DNA of 64,000 bases. It comes from an uncultured Planctomycetota bacterium. GTDB taxonomy: Bacteria; Planctomycetota; UBA11346. The stretch is taken from assembly GCA_963818245.1 (NCBI GenBank), contig CAWFSD010000012.1:106994-170993 (forward strand), read 5' to 3'. This document shows, one piece after another, positions 11,636-24,487 of this stretch. The position numbers were made by a program, and so were the translations under genes. Numbering within the stretch: the first letter of the stretch is position 1; each line of letters opens with the position of its first letter. The notes below the pieces were generated by a model that saw only the letters and a list, made by a program, of their open reading frames with translations, searched no databases and was not told the origin of the DNA.

Positions 11636-12400
11636 TCAGCGGCTGGTCAGGCTGCGCGCCCTGAACTGCTCGTCCGGGCGCGCCACCAGGTGGTCGATGA
11701 CCGCGGCGGGCAGCAGGTTGAGGCCGCCCGCGGCCAGCGCGCCGAGGCGGATGCGCGCGGCCTTGATCGCCATCGCGGTGATGTTGCCGGCCTCGGTGTG
11801 GGTGGCGGCCAGGGCGATGAAGCCGTGGTTCTGCATGTAGATCGCCTTGGGCAGCTCGCCATGGCGGCCCGCGTAGGCGTCGACGCCGCTGCGGATGGCG
11901 CGCGCCAGCACCACGCCCGGGTCCTCGTAGTCGATGAACACCGAGTCGCGGCCCAGCACCACCGCCTCGTCCGGGAACAGGCGGCCCGCGAGCAGCTCGC
12001 GCCAGCGCGGGCTGCAGGTCAGGCTGTTGACCGCGGTGGGGTGGGTGTGCGCGACCACCGCGATCTTCGGGTAGTTCAGCAGCGCCGCGTGCAGCACGGT
12101 CTCGACCGACGGCCGGCGCGGCTGCGCGGGATCGACCTTGGCCGCGGCGTAGGCGGCGCCGACCCGCGCCAGGTCGGCCCCGGCGTCGTCGAGCAGCGGC
12201 AGCAGCTCGGCGAAGCGCACGTGGACGAAATCGTCCGCGGTCATGGTGCCGAGCGCGCAACCGCTGCCCTTGACGTGGAAGGTCGCGGCGTCGTGGCGCG
12301 CGGAGATGTTGCCCTCGCCCAGGATGGCGGCGTCGGCGGCGGGGGCGCCGAGCGCGTGGGCGAGGGCGAGGAGGTCGGCGAGGCTGGGCATGCGGCGCAT
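11636..12400 (-). CDS. Class II aldolase/adducin-domain protein (rhamnulose-1-phosphate-aldolase-like)
   Basis: ORF 11636..12400 has 'NISAR', 'VKGSG', 'VAHTHPT' and 'MQNHGFIA', which resemble class II aldolase fold motifs. It lies between the FGGY kinase and an AraC regulator. Confidence 0.75.
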   Translation of the reverse strand: MRRMPSLADLLALAHALGAPAADAAILGEGNISARHDAATFHVKGSGCALGTMTADDFVHVRFAELLPLLDDAGADLARVGAAYAAAKVDPAQPRRPSVETVLHAALLNYPKIAVVAHTHPTAVNSLTCSPRWRELLAGRLFPDEAVVLGRDSVFIDYEDPGVVLARAIRSGVDAYAGRHGELPKAIYMQNHGFIALAATHTEAGNITAMAIKAARIRLGALAAGGLNLLPAAVIDHLVARPDEQFRARSLTSR

Positions 12401-12564
12401 AGTGGCCCCGTGCCGGCGCGGTTCAATTCGCTTCCGGCTCCGGCGCTGAGACGTTCTTGACCTGACAACGATATCCGTGAGCTACCGTATCTGATCGGAT
12501 AGCGGTATACGCCGTGTCCGAGCGTGGCCCCTACCGAGCTCGATAGCACGAAGTTGACCGGAAG

Positions 12565-13536
12565 GTGGTTCCGATGGATGCTGTCCCCATGCACGACCCC
12601 CTGCTGCGGCTGTCGGCGAAGAAGCTCTTCCCCGGGGTGGGCGCCCACCTGCACGTCAACCGCCCCGTGCACGAGGGCGAAACCCCCCTGCACGACCACG
12701 ACTTCGTCGAGATCGCGCTGGTCTGCGGCGGGCGCGCCCTGCACCGCACCATCCACGGCGAGCGCGCGATCGGCCCCGGCGACCTCTTCATCCTCCACCC
12801 CGGGCAGTGGCACGCCTACGAGCGCTGCCGCGGCCTGGAGCTGATCAACTGCTGCCTGGGCGTCGAGCTGCTCTCGCGCGAGCTCGCCTGGGTGCGCAGC
12901 GACCCGCAGCTCGGCCAGCTCCTGCCCGCGCGCCTGCCCGCCCCGGGCGCCGCCGGCCCGTCCGACCAGGGCGTGCTCGCCCTGCACCTCGGCGGCGAGG
13001 CCCAGGCCGCCTGCCGCGCCGCGCTCGAGTCGCTGCTCGCCCTGCAGCAGGGCGGCGACCCGGTGCGCGCGCGGCCTGAGCAGGTCGCGCACCTGCTCAT
13101 GCTGCTCGGCCGCATCGGCCGCGAGCTCGGCGCCCAGGGCGCCGCGCGCAGCGCGCAGCCCGGCGCCGGCGTGGTCGACCCGAGCGTGGCCAAGGCCATG
13201 GAGATGCTCGAGGAGCGCCTGGAGCACGGCTGGGGCCTGGTCGAGCTGGCCAAGCTGCTCGACCTCAACCGCTCCTACCTGGTGCGCCTGTTCAAGCGCC
13301 ACACCGGCTTCTCGCCGATGGCCTGGCTGGCCCGCCGCCGCGCCGAGAAGGCCGCGGTCCTGCTGCTCACCACCGAGCAGCCGGTCGCGGCCATCGGCCG
13401 CATCGTCGGCTGGCACGACCCCAACTACTTCGCGCGCCGCTTCCGCTCCGCCTTCGGCGTCAGCGCGCGCGAGTACCGCGCCCAGTTGCCGGTCCCACCG
13501 CTGGTGAGCGGGGCCGACGACTGGATCCAGTGGTGA
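12565..13536 (+). CDS. AraC-family transcriptional regulator with an N-terminal cupin domain (RhaS/RhaR-like)
   Basis: The cupin-like region is 'HDHDFVEIALVCGG...HPGQWHAY'. The C-terminal double HTH is 'LAKLLDLNRSYLVRLFKRHTGFSPMAWL...GWHDPNYFARRFRSAFGVSAREYR'. The gene is divergent from the aldolase/kinase pair. Confidence 0.85.
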   Translation: MVPMDAVPMHDPLLRLSAKKLFPGVGAHLHVNRPVHEGETPLHDHDFVEIALVCGGRALHRTIHGERAIGPGDLFILHPGQWHAYERCRGLELINCCLGVELLSRELAWVRSDPQLGQLLPARLPAPGAAGPSDQGVLALHLGGEAQAACRAALESLLALQQGGDPVRARPEQVAHLLMLLGRIGRELGAQGAARSAQPGAGVVDPSVAKAMEMLEERLEHGWGLVELAKLLDLNRSYLVRLFKRHTGFSPMAWLARRRAEKAAVLLLTTEQPVAAIGRIVGWHDPNYFARRFRSAFGVSAREYRAQLPVPPLVSGADDWIQW

Positions 13537-13580
13537 CGGACCTGGCTCCAGGCACTCCCGGTCATCTCGACCGCGCAGCC

Positions 13581-13702
13581 GGATAGGACCGCCAAGGCGC
13601 CAAGACGCCACGTGACCGCATGCCGCCCCAGGACGGTTCGCGCCCTTCCGGCGAATGACCAGCGAACCTGTCCGGAACCCCTGGCGTCTTGGCGGTTCCA
13701 CC
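13581..13702. repeat. Word-palindrome element (CCAAG words)
   Basis: ggataggaccgccaaggcgccaagacgcca (13581-13610) mirrors tggcgtcttggcggttccacc (13682-13702). It has the same terminal sequence as the 41174 element. Confidence 0.85.
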
Positions 13703-13872
13703 CCTTCCGCGTGGCGCGGCGCGAGTCCGTGGTCGCAGGTGCGTCTGCCCGGCTGCGGCGATTTCGCGCTTGGGTCACAGCGGGCGGACGAGTACGGTCA
13801 GGGCAACCTGCGCGCGTGGCCGCGGCGTCTCCTCGCCGCTCGCCGTCCGCGCCCCCTGATGCCGGCCACCCC

Positions 13873-15114
13873 ATGATCATCCGCGGACTCGCCCTGCCCC
13901 TGGCCACCTACCGGCGCCGGCGCGCCGGCGCCGCAAAGCTGCTGCGCGCCCTCGAGGACGCGCCGCTGCCCCTGCTGCTGATCGGCGCCGACGAGCACCG
14001 CCTGCGCGCCGTGCGCCAGGACCCGTGGTTCGACTACTACACCGGTTGCGCCGAGCCCGAGGCCGCGCTGCTGGTCGACCCGGCCGCTGGCGCGCGCGAC
14101 ACCCTGTTCCTCGACGCCGGCGACCCGAAGCGCGTGATCTGGGACGGCCCGCGCCTGGGTCCTGACGCGCGCGCGCGCAGCGCCCACGGCGTGCACGCGG
14201 TGGCCGCGCGCGACACCCTCGAGGCGCGCGCCATCGCCGCCGCCAAGCGCGCCGGCGGGCGGCTGGCGATGTGCACGCGCGAGCGCGAACCGGGCTTCCA
14301 GGCCGAGCAGTTCGCGGTGTGGAAGAAGAAGCTCAAGGGCATCAAGCTGGTGAACGCCGAGCCCGCGCTGGTCAACCAGCGCATGATCAAGGACGCCGAC
14401 GAGGTCGCCTGGCTGCGCCGCGCCATCGCCATCACCCGCACCGGCCTGCTCGCGACCCTGCCGCGCATCCCGAAGCTGCGGAACGAGGCCGAGGTCGCTT
14501 CCGAGCTGGTCATGCACTACCGCAAGGTCGCCTACGGCCCGCTCGCCTTCCCGCCGATCGTCGGCTCGGCGGTGGGCGGCGCGACCCTGCACTACCCGCA
14601 CAACGACCAGCCGCTGGTGAAGGGCGCGCCGCTGCTCATCGATTCCGGCGCCACGGCCGGCGGCTACTGCGCGGACGTCACCCGCACCGTCCCGCAGCAC
14701 GGCCGCTTCAGCGACAAGCGCTTCCGCGAGGTCTACGAGCTGGTGCTGCACTGCAACGCGCTCGGCCGCGCCCACGCCCGGCCCGGGCTGACCCGCGAAG
14801 AACTCAACGACATCGCCTGGAAGCCGATCATCGACGCCGGCTTCATCCGCCACCACGGCCTGTGGCACCACATCGGCCTCGACGTGCACGACCCCGCCGA
14901 CTACGCGCAACCGCTCAGGGCCGGGATGGTCATCTCGAACGAGCCTGGCATCTACCTGCCGGACGAAGGCTTCGGCGTGCGCATCGAGGACGACCTGCTG
15001 ATCACCGCCGATGGCTGCGATGAGCTGACGAAGGACATCCCCAAGACGGTGAAGGAACTGGAGGCGGTGATGCGGGGGTGGAGGGCTCCCGGAGCGCCGA
15101 ACGGCGCGGCCTAA
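13873..15114 (+). CDS. M24-family Xaa-Pro aminopeptidase
   Basis: ATG at 13873 lies inside ORF 13612..15114. Metal-ligand motifs are 'DSGATAGGYCADVTRT', 'HHIGLDVHD', 'SNEPGIY' and 'RIEDD'. Confidence 0.85.
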   Translation: MIIRGLALPLATYRRRRAGAAKLLRALEDAPLPLLLIGADEHRLRAVRQDPWFDYYTGCAEPEAALLVDPAAGARDTLFLDAGDPKRVIWDGPRLGPDARARSAHGVHAVAARDTLEARAIAAAKRAGGRLAMCTREREPGFQAEQFAVWKKKLKGIKLVNAEPALVNQRMIKDADEVAWLRRAIAITRTGLLATLPRIPKLRNEAEVASELVMHYRKVAYGPLAFPPIVGSAVGGATLHYPHNDQPLVKGAPLLIDSGATAGGYCADVTRTVPQHGRFSDKRFREVYELVLHCNALGRAHARPGLTREELNDIAWKPIIDAGFIRHHGLWHHIGLDVHDPADYAQPLRAGMVISNEPGIYLPDEGFGVRIEDDLLITADGCDELTKDIPKTVKELEAVMRGWRAPGAPNGAA

Positions 15115-15131
15115 TCAATAATGCCGCATTT

Positions 15132-15150
15132 CCCAGGGCGTTGCCCTGGG
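15132..15150 (+). terminator. Short GC hairpin downstream of the aminopeptidase
   Basis: cccagggc-gtt-gccctggg forms a perfect 8-bp stem with a 3-nt loop, 18 nt after the stop at 15114. No U-tract follows. Confidence 0.35.
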
Positions 15151-15309
15151 CTGGCGTAGGGCGCGCCGCTGGCGCTCTTGAGGCCGGCTCCGGGACGGCC
15201 GCTGCTTCATTTGTGACACCTGACTCTGGGAACGCGGTTCCGGGACATCTCCCCCTTCCCTTGTCCCCCTCCCCAACCGCCTACACTCCCCGCTCACCGC
15301 GGAGACTCC

Positions 15310-15861
15310 ATGGATTGGGAAGGCAAGATCGTCGCCCCCCGCCTCGCCTGCTGCAGCAGTGGCCGGATGCTGGCGCCCGGCGAGTGGTGCCATTCCGCGC
15401 TGCTGCTCGACGAGGGCGGCTTCGTGCGCCGCGACTTCTCTGTCGAAGCCTGGGACGCCGAGGACCAGGGACGCTACCTGAGCTGGTGGCGCACGCGCGT
15501 GCCCGAGGCCGGCAACGAGCGCAAGGCCTTCCGCCTCAACGCCGAGACGCTCGGCCAGATCTTCACCAACCTCAAGGACTCGCGCAGCCGCGCCCAGCAG
15601 TGCCTGGCCTACGTGGTGGCGCTGGCGCTGGTGCGCGCGCGCAAGCTGCAGTTCATCACCGTCGAACGCGGGCCGAGCGAGGCGGTGCTGGTGCTCGGTG
15701 ACCGCCTGAAGGAGCTGCGCTACCGCATCCGCGATCCCCGGATGACCCCGGCGGAGGAGCAGCACGTGCTCGACGGGCTGCTCGCGGTCACGGATACGGG
15801 AGGTGGCAGTGGCGACGCAGCGGCGGCGGAAGCTCCCGGGAGCGGCAGCCCCCCCGTCTGA
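15310..15861 (+). CDS. Hypothetical protein with an N-terminal Cys/His cluster
   Basis: ORF 15310..15861 has clean GC3 periodicity, the cluster 'CCSSGRMLAPGEWCH', and a Gly/Ala-rich tail. I recognise no family. Confidence 0.5.
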   Translation: MDWEGKIVAPRLACCSSGRMLAPGEWCHSALLLDEGGFVRRDFSVEAWDAEDQGRYLSWWRTRVPEAGNERKAFRLNAETLGQIFTNLKDSRSRAQQCLAYVVALALVRARKLQFITVERGPSEAVLVLGDRLKELRYRIRDPRMTPAEEQHVLDGLLAVTDTGGGSGDAAAAEAPGSGSPPV

Positions 15862-15868
15862 GGGCGCC

Positions 15869-16423
15869 TCACTTCAGGCGGATCGGATCCAGGCTCATCG
15901 CGTACGACGACCCGCCTTCGCTGCGCAGCGCGCTGCCCTCGGGCAGGGTGTCCGGGCGCTCCTTGGCGCGGCGGGTGCGTTCCAGGATGTCGTGGTCGCT
16001 GTCCAGGTGCAGCCTGTCCGGCGCGCGGTGCCGGCTGCTCGGCAGGTGGGTGTTCTGGTCCATGGCCCGCTTGGCCACCGCCTTGCCGTCCCAGGTCGCG
16101 GCCGTCGTCGCCCCGGGTGCGGTCTGGGCGTTGGGATCCTGGGCCGCGAGCGAATTGCGCAGCTCGGTGAGCTGGTCGGAGTTCTGCGGGTTCTCCTTGA
16201 TGATGCGGTCGAGGTCCGACAGCGTCTGCGCGGTGTCGGTGAGCTCGTTCAGGCTGCCGGACGCCAAGACCTGCGCACCGCCGGAGGCGACCGCGTTGGC
16301 GGCGCCGCCGACGACCTCCTCCGGCGCGAGCAGCACGCCGAACATGGCGTCCGCGCAGCCGCTGGCGGCGAGGCACGCCACCACGATCAGGGCGCCGGAG
16401 ACGATGTGCCAGGGCCTCGCCAT
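15869..16423 (-). CDS. Putative lipoprotein
   Basis: ATG at 16423 lies inside ORF 15869..16492. The signal peptide plus lipobox is 'ALIVVACLAASGC'. The remainder is hydrophilic and I recognise no family. Confidence 0.55.
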   Translation of the reverse strand: MARPWHIVSGALIVVACLAASGCADAMFGVLLAPEEVVGGAANAVASGGAQVLASGSLNELTDTAQTLSDLDRIIKENPQNSDQLTELRNSLAAQDPNAQTAPGATTAATWDGKAVAKRAMDQNTHLPSSRHRAPDRLHLDSDHDILERTRRAKERPDTLPEGSALRSEGGSSYAMSLDPIRLK

Positions 16424-16739
16424 GGCCGGATCATCCGCTGCGTGCGCAGACCGGCAACACCCGCCAGGGCCCTGCCGGACCAGGCACCTCACCCGCCCAC
16501 GGCCTGGTCCACCGGGTGCTCGAGGCCTGCTGCGGGCTGTGCCCGCAGGGGCGCCGGAAAGAGCAACGGAAACCCGGAGCGGCCCACCCGGTTTTCGACG
16601 TTTCCCCCAGGCCCATCCCCCCTACGGGCCGGTCGTGGCGGAAACCCGCCCTTCCCGACGCCTGCCGGGTCGCTCACCCCGAGGATTTCGACATACCCAA
16701 GCCGCGATTCCGTAAACGCTTACCTGGAATCAGCCGCTT

Positions 16740-16767
16740 TTGACATGCGGAGGATGACGATTAGGAT
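16740..16767 (+). promoter_or_regulatory. Candidate sigma70-type promoter of dnaN
   Basis: TTGACA (16740-16745), a 16-nt spacer, then TAGGAT (16762-16767). The dnaN ATG at 16779 is only 11 nt downstream, so the leader would be very short with no Shine-Dalgarno sequence. Confidence 0.3.
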
Positions 16768-16778
16768 ATGTCTCAGTC

Positions 16779-17936
16779 ATGGAAAAATCCGCATCCAGCT
16801 CCCTCTCCCTGCGCTGCGACCGCAATGACCTGCTCGCAGGCATCCAGGCGGCCGATGCGGTGGTGCCCTCGAACAGCGCCAAGCCGATCCTGACCAATCT
16901 GCTCTTCGATGGCCAGAAGGACCACCTGGACATCATCGCCACCGACCTCCAGGTCGGCCTGCGCTCGCTGGTGCGCGGGGTGGTCGTCGACAGCCCCGGC
17001 CAGGCGGTGGTGCAGGCGCGCCAGCTGACCGCGATCCTCAAGGAGTCGCGCTCGCAGTCGGTGAACCTGCGCCTCGACCAGAAGGCCGAGAGCAGCCAGC
17101 TGCAGATCACCCTGGCCGACGGCGACTACCAGATCCCCGCGGTGGTCGGCGAGACCTTCCCGCCGGTGCAGTTCTTCCCCACCGACGTGCCGTACGTGAC
17201 CCTGCGCGGTCCGCGCTTCGAGGAGATGATCCGCCAGACCGTGTTCGGCATGGACAAGGACCGCACCAGCGCGGTGCTGTCCGGCATCTTCGTCTCGATC
17301 GGCCACGGCGAAGTCGTGCTCGCCGCCACCGACGGCAAGATGCTCTGCGAGGCCGTCGAGCACAGCGACGCCTTCAAGCTCGCGCCGGGCGGCGAGGCGG
17401 TGCAGGCGGTGATCCCCGCGGTGACCATCAACCACCTGCAGCGCATCCTCGCCGGCATGCCCTCGGAGCGCGTCGACCTCGCCTTCGCCGGCAAGCTGGT
17501 GTTCGTGCGCCTCTCCGTCCAGGGCGGCCTGCAGGTCGAACTCACCAGCCGCCTGGTCGAGGGCAACTTCCCTTCGTACCGCAACGCCCTGCCGCAGTCG
17601 GCGCCGAGCGCGGTGACCTTCGACGCCGCCGAGCTCGCCTCCGCGGTGCGCCGCACCGCGCTGATGACCAGCTCGACCAGCAAGGGCATCGTGGTCAGCC
17701 TGGACAAGGACCAGGCGGTGTTCAGCAACCTGAACTACACCAACGGCAGCGCGCGCATCCCGGTGCCGTGCGCCTACCAGGGCTCGCCGCTCAAGCTCGG
17801 CGTCAACGCCCAGTACCTCAGCGACGTGCTCAAGGTCTTCAAGGGCGACAAGATGGCCATCGAGCTGAGCCGCGGCCTGATCATGCGGGAACCGAATGCG
17901 ACGTACCTGATCATGCCGATCAGCTTGCCAAGTTGA
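16779..17936 (+). CDS. dnaN: DNA polymerase III beta sliding clamp
   Basis: ORF 16779..17936 (385 aa) has a three-domain beta-clamp layout: 'NDLLAGIQAADAVVPSNSAKPILTNLLF', 'LAATDGKML', 'LVEGNFPSYRNALP', 'YLIMPI'. Confidence 0.9.
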   Translation: MEKSASSSLSLRCDRNDLLAGIQAADAVVPSNSAKPILTNLLFDGQKDHLDIIATDLQVGLRSLVRGVVVDSPGQAVVQARQLTAILKESRSQSVNLRLDQKAESSQLQITLADGDYQIPAVVGETFPPVQFFPTDVPYVTLRGPRFEEMIRQTVFGMDKDRTSAVLSGIFVSIGHGEVVLAATDGKMLCEAVEHSDAFKLAPGGEAVQAVIPAVTINHLQRILAGMPSERVDLAFAGKLVFVRLSVQGGLQVELTSRLVEGNFPSYRNALPQSAPSAVTFDAAELASAVRRTALMTSSTSKGIVVSLDKDQAVFSNLNYTNGSARIPVPCAYQGSPLKLGVNAQYLSDVLKVFKGDKMAIELSRGLIMREPNATYLIMPISLPS

Positions 17937-17940
17937 GCGG

Positions 17941-18294
17941 CGAGGGGGCTGAGGGCTGACCGCTGACGGACATGCCGGCGCCTCGCGCCGGCATCACTCG
18001 TACCGAGCAGGGTGTTGAAAAATGGCGACCAAGCATCGTCGGCCCCTCCGGCCTGGATGGCGAGGCGGACGGAGCGAAGGAAATGCCGGGCATTTTCGAG
18101 CTTCGTCCAACGACGCCAGACAGGTCGGAGGGGCCGGCGAGGCGCCGATCGAGCTTTTTCAACACCATGCTAGGCTCCCGGTTCACGTCCTGGATCGCCG
18201 GCCCGCATCGCAGCACCTCCGTCAGCTGCCAGCCGTCAGCCGTCCTTCCTTCCCGGAGCGACCCATCAGCCATCAGCCATCAGTCATCAGCCGC
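17941..18294. repeat. Long nested palindrome (GCTGACGG / ATCAGCC words) between dnaN and the cca-like gene
   Basis: The helices are concentric around position ~18090. Pairs are gctgacgg/ccgtcagc (about 17964/18221), ggtgttgaaaaa (18012-18023) with tttttcaacacc (18157-18168), and cggcccctccg (18042-18052) with cggaggggccg (18128-18138). The apical hairpin is aaatgcc-g-ggcattt (18083-18097). The right end carries (atcagcc) x4 at 18267-18294. Confidence 0.8.
17974..17996 (+). terminator. Perfect 10-bp hairpin after dnaN
   Basis: atgccggcgc-ctc-gcgccggcat lies 38 nt after the dnaN stop. No U-tract follows. It is embedded in the left arm of the 17941-18294 palindrome. Confidence 0.35.
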
Positions 18295-18297
18295 CTA

Positions 18298-19536
18298 GTC
18301 TCCTGCCCCGCCGATCAGCCCCCGTGGCGCGAGGCCATCCCCATCGTCCGCGCTCTCGCTGCCGCGGGCCACGAGGCCTACCTCGTCGGCGGGTGCGTGC
18401 GCGACCTGCTGCTCGACCGCGCGGTGCACGATGCGGATGTCGCCACCAACGCCCACCCGGAACAGGTCGAGGCCTGCGCCGCGGCGGCCGGTTGGCGCAC
18501 CGTCGCGGTCGGCCGGCAGTTCGGCGTGATCATCGTGGTCGCGCCGGGCGGAGCGAACGTCGAGGTCGCGACCTTCCGCCACGATGGCGCCTACATCGAT
18601 GGGCGGCGCCCGACCACGATCGCCTTCACCAGCGCCGTCGACGACGTGCAGCGCCGCGATTTCACCATCAACGCCCTGCTCTACGATCCGCTGCGCGGCC
18701 TGGTCATCGACCACGTCGACGGCCTCGCCGACCTCGCCGCGCGGCGCCTGCGCGCGGTCGGCGACGCGGCCGCGCGCCTGCGCGAGGACCGCCTGCGCGT
18801 GCTGCGCGCCCTGCGCTTCGCCGCCCACCTCGACCTCGCCATCGAGCCCACGACCTGGGCCGCCGTGCGCGCCACCGGCCTCGCGGGCCTCGCGCCGGAG
18901 CGCCTGGTGCAGGAATGGGCCAAGGGCCTGGCCGGGCCGCGGCGCGGTGCGTGGCTGGGCCTGCTCGCGGACAGCGGGCGCCTCGCGGAATTCTGCCCCC
19001 GCTCGCCGAGCTGCCGGTCGCGGCCCGCTCGGCCACCGGCGCCGGCGCTGGACACGCTGCCGGCAGGCGGCGGCGCCCGAGGTCGCCGCCGCCGTCTGGC
19101 TGGCGGCCGCCGATCCGGCGCCGGGTCGGACCGCCTGGCTCGAGACCCAGCCGCTGCCGCGGGCCCGCAGCGACGCCATCCGCTGGCTGCTCGCCCAGCA
19201 CCACGCTGCGGCGGCGCTGGCGAGCGGAGCGCTCAGCGCCCGCCGCCGCGTGCTGCAGCACCCCCTCGCCGCGGGGCTCGTGCAGCTCCTCGCGGCGTGC
19301 GCGCCGGGCGCCCCGGCGACCGTCGCGCTGGCTGCCGAGCAGGCCGCGGAGACCGCCGCCGGCCCTGGCGGCCGCTGCTGCGCGCCAGCGACCTCATCGC
19401 CCTCGGCGTCCGGCCCGGGCCGGCCCTGGGCAGCCTGTTGCGCACGCTCGAGGACGCCCAGCTCGAAGGGGCCTTCGCCGACCGCTCCGGCGCGGAGGCC
19501 TTCGCCCGCGCCCGGCTCCAAACCGACCCGCCCTAG
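18298..19536 (+). pseudogene. tRNA nucleotidyltransferase/poly(A) polymerase family protein (CCA-adding-enzyme-like), split over three frames
   Basis: Head-domain motifs are present: 'GHEAYLVGGCVRDLLL', 'DADVAT', 'RRDFTINAL', 'EDRLRVLRALRFAA'. The frame hops near 18995, 19075 and 19375 (ORFs 18022..19536, 18324..19703, 18584..19609). There is no obvious in-frame start near the expected N-terminus, so the 5' coordinate is approximate. Confidence 0.75.
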
Positions 19537-19713
19537 GAAGCGCCGAGAGGCCCTCCGAGGTGCGGCGTGCTTCCCCGCGCAGCGGCAATCCTTGCCGCAC
19601 GCGCGTTGACCGTCCGGGAAAGCCCCGTACGGTGCCCGACCCTCCGATCCGACCGATCAGAGGCAAAACCCCCACGCTCACACTGCCGCTCACCGCAGCG
19701 TAAAGGACCCCCC

Positions 19714-22686
<2,973 letters not shown>

Positions 22687-22726
22687 GCAGGCCCATCAGG
22701 AGTGCGCGGGCCCGGGCCGCGCGTCG

Positions 22727-22755
22727 CGACACCCGCCGGAGCCTCCGGCGGGTGT
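22727..22755 (+). terminator. Rho-independent-type terminator after ppdK
   Basis: gacacccgccgga-gcc-tccggcgggtgtc forms a perfect 13-bp stem. It is followed by cgcgTTTcc and lies 41 nt after the ppdK stop. Confidence 0.6.
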
Positions 22756-22839
22756 CCGCGTTTCCGGGCCACGCGCCCACACCGGCCGCGCGCGCCCTGA
22801 ACGCGCTTGCCGGCCCCGGCGCGGCGCGAGCATGGCGCC

Positions 22840-24189
22840 ATGCCGACGCTGAGCTGGTTGGGCAAGGACGCGGTGGTCGACCACCACCGCCACCTGCCGG
22901 TGCGCGACCTGCGCGAGGATCCCGCCCTCGCCATCCCCGGCCCCCCCCTGCACACGCTGATCGAAGGCGACAACCTCGAGGCGCTCGCGGCGCTGCTGCC
23001 GGCCTACCGCGCGCGCGTGCGCTGCATCTACATCGACCCCCCCTACAACACCGGCAACGAGACCTGGGTCTACAACGACGCGGTCAACAGCCCGGCGACG
23101 CGCTCGTGGCTCGGCCGCGTGGTCGGCCGCGACGACCTCGACCGCCACGACAAGTGGCTGTGCTTCATGTACCCGCGCCTCGCCCTGCTGCGCGAACTGC
23201 TCGCGGCGGACGGCTGCCTGTTCATCAGCATCGACGACACCGAGCTGGCCGCGCTGCAGTTCCTGCTCGACGAGCTGTTCGGCTCCGAGAACCGCCTCGC
23301 GACCTTCACCTGGGTGCGCAAGAAGAAGGGCAGCCACCTCGACCGCCACCTGCGCCGCATGACCGAGTTCGTGGTCGCCATGGCCAAGGACGCGGGCAGC
23401 CTGCCGCCGCTGTTCGGCGAGGCCGCCTACGCCGAGAAGTGGCAGCCGCTGGTCAAGCGCACCAACCGCACCCAGACCCTGGTCATCCCCGCCGGCGCCA
23501 CCGAGACCACGCTCGCCACGGGCGTGCACCCCGCCGGCGTGCGCGGCACCGGCGGCACCGCGCTGCGCTTCCACGAGGACCTGGTGGTCGCGGAAGGCCG
23601 CATCGCGGCCCCCGTCACCATCACCGGCAACTTCGTGTGGACCCAGCCCAAGCTCGACGCCGAGCTCGCCCTGGGTACGCGCATCGCGTTGTCGCGCGCC
23701 TACGGCCTGAACGTGCGGCGCTGGGACCAGGCGCAGAAGACCAAGCGCCCGAGCACGCTGCTGAGCGCGCTCAGCGGCGTCGGCACCAACGAGGACGCCA
23801 GCCAGGAGGTCATGGAGATCCTCGGCAGCGAGCGCGGCGCCGCCTTCGCCTTCCCCAAGCCGGTGTCGCTGGTCGAGTGCCTGCTGCGCACCGTGTGCCG
23901 GGACGATCCGACCGCGCTGGTGCTCGACGCCTTCGCCGGCAGCGGCACCACCGGCCACGCGGTGATGCGCCTCAACGCCGCCGACGGCGGCACCCGCCGC
24001 GCCATCCTCGTGCAGCTCGGCGAGGATCAGGGCGGCGGACCCAACATCGCGCGCACCATCACCCGCGAGCGCCTGCTGCGCGCCGCCGCCGGCTACGTGG
24101 TGCGCGACGTGGCGGTGCCCGGCCTCGCCCAGGGCTGGCGCTACTGCCGCCTGGGCAATCCGGTGGGCAAGCTCGACCTGGTCGATTGA
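22840..24189 (+). CDS. Orphan beta-class N6-adenine/N4-cytosine DNA methyltransferase (type III Mod-like)
   Basis: ORF 22807..24189, with ATG at 22840 ('MPTLSWLGK') the likely start. '[10 protein letters not shown]' and motif IV 'DPPYN' precede motif I '[12 protein letters not shown]'. No res, helicase or nuclease gene is adjacent. Confidence 0.85.
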   Translation: MPTLSWLGKDAVVDHHRHLPVRDLREDPALAIPGPPLHTLIEGDNLEALAALLPAYRARVRCIYIDPPYNTGNETWVYNDAVNSPATRSWLGRVVGRDDLDRHDKWLCFMYPRLALLRELLAADGCLFISIDDTELAALQFLLDELFGSENRLATFTWVRKKKGSHLDRHLRRMTEFVVAMAKDAGSLPPLFGEAAYAEKWQPLVKRTNRTQTLVIPAGATETTLATGVHPAGVRGTGGTALRFHEDLVVAEGRIAAPVTITGNFVWTQPKLDAELALGTRIALSRAYGLNVRRWDQAQKTKRPSTLLSALSGVGTNEDASQEVMEILGSERGAAFAFPKPVSLVECLLRTVCRDDPTALVLDAFAGSGTTGHAVMRLNAADGGTRRAILVQLGEDQGGGPNIARTITRERLLRAAAGYVVRDVAVPGLAQGWRYCRLGNPVGKLDLVD

Positions 24190-24191
24190 TC

Positions 24192-24422
24192 CACGGACTC
24201 CCGCGCGTCCGACGGGCTTCGCCGCAGAGGCGCAGAGAGGACGGCCCGAGGGCCGCAGAGCAGAGAGCGGAGGGACTGCGGCTGTGGGGGCGCAGGCGTG
24301 CTTGGCTGCGTTTTCGGCGGGCTCTGCGGACATGCGCCCCTGAGCGGCTGTCCTCTGCGGCCCTCCTGCCTGCCCTCTGCGCCTCTGCGGCGATGACCCT
24401 CGGACGCGTGCGGGTGCGTTGG
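24192..24422. repeat. Word-palindrome element (GCAGAGG words), copy A
   Basis: The left arm cacggactcccgcgcgtccgacgggcttcgccgcagaggcgcagagagg... mirrors the right arm ...cctctgcgcctctgcggcgatgaccctcggacgcgtgcgggtgcgttgg. Confidence 0.8.
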
Positions 24423-24487
24423 AGCAGGACGCGATCAGCCGCCGTTGTTGGCCTGCTTGATGATGCGGACCATCTGGTCGATTGATT

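Noticed and set aside
16493-16778. The 286-nt region upstream of dnaN considered as a possible replication origin or ncRNA.
   Set aside because: I could find no DnaA-box-like 9-mers, no AT-rich tract beyond the putative promoter, and no convincing conserved secondary structure. It is treated as a divergent promoter region only.
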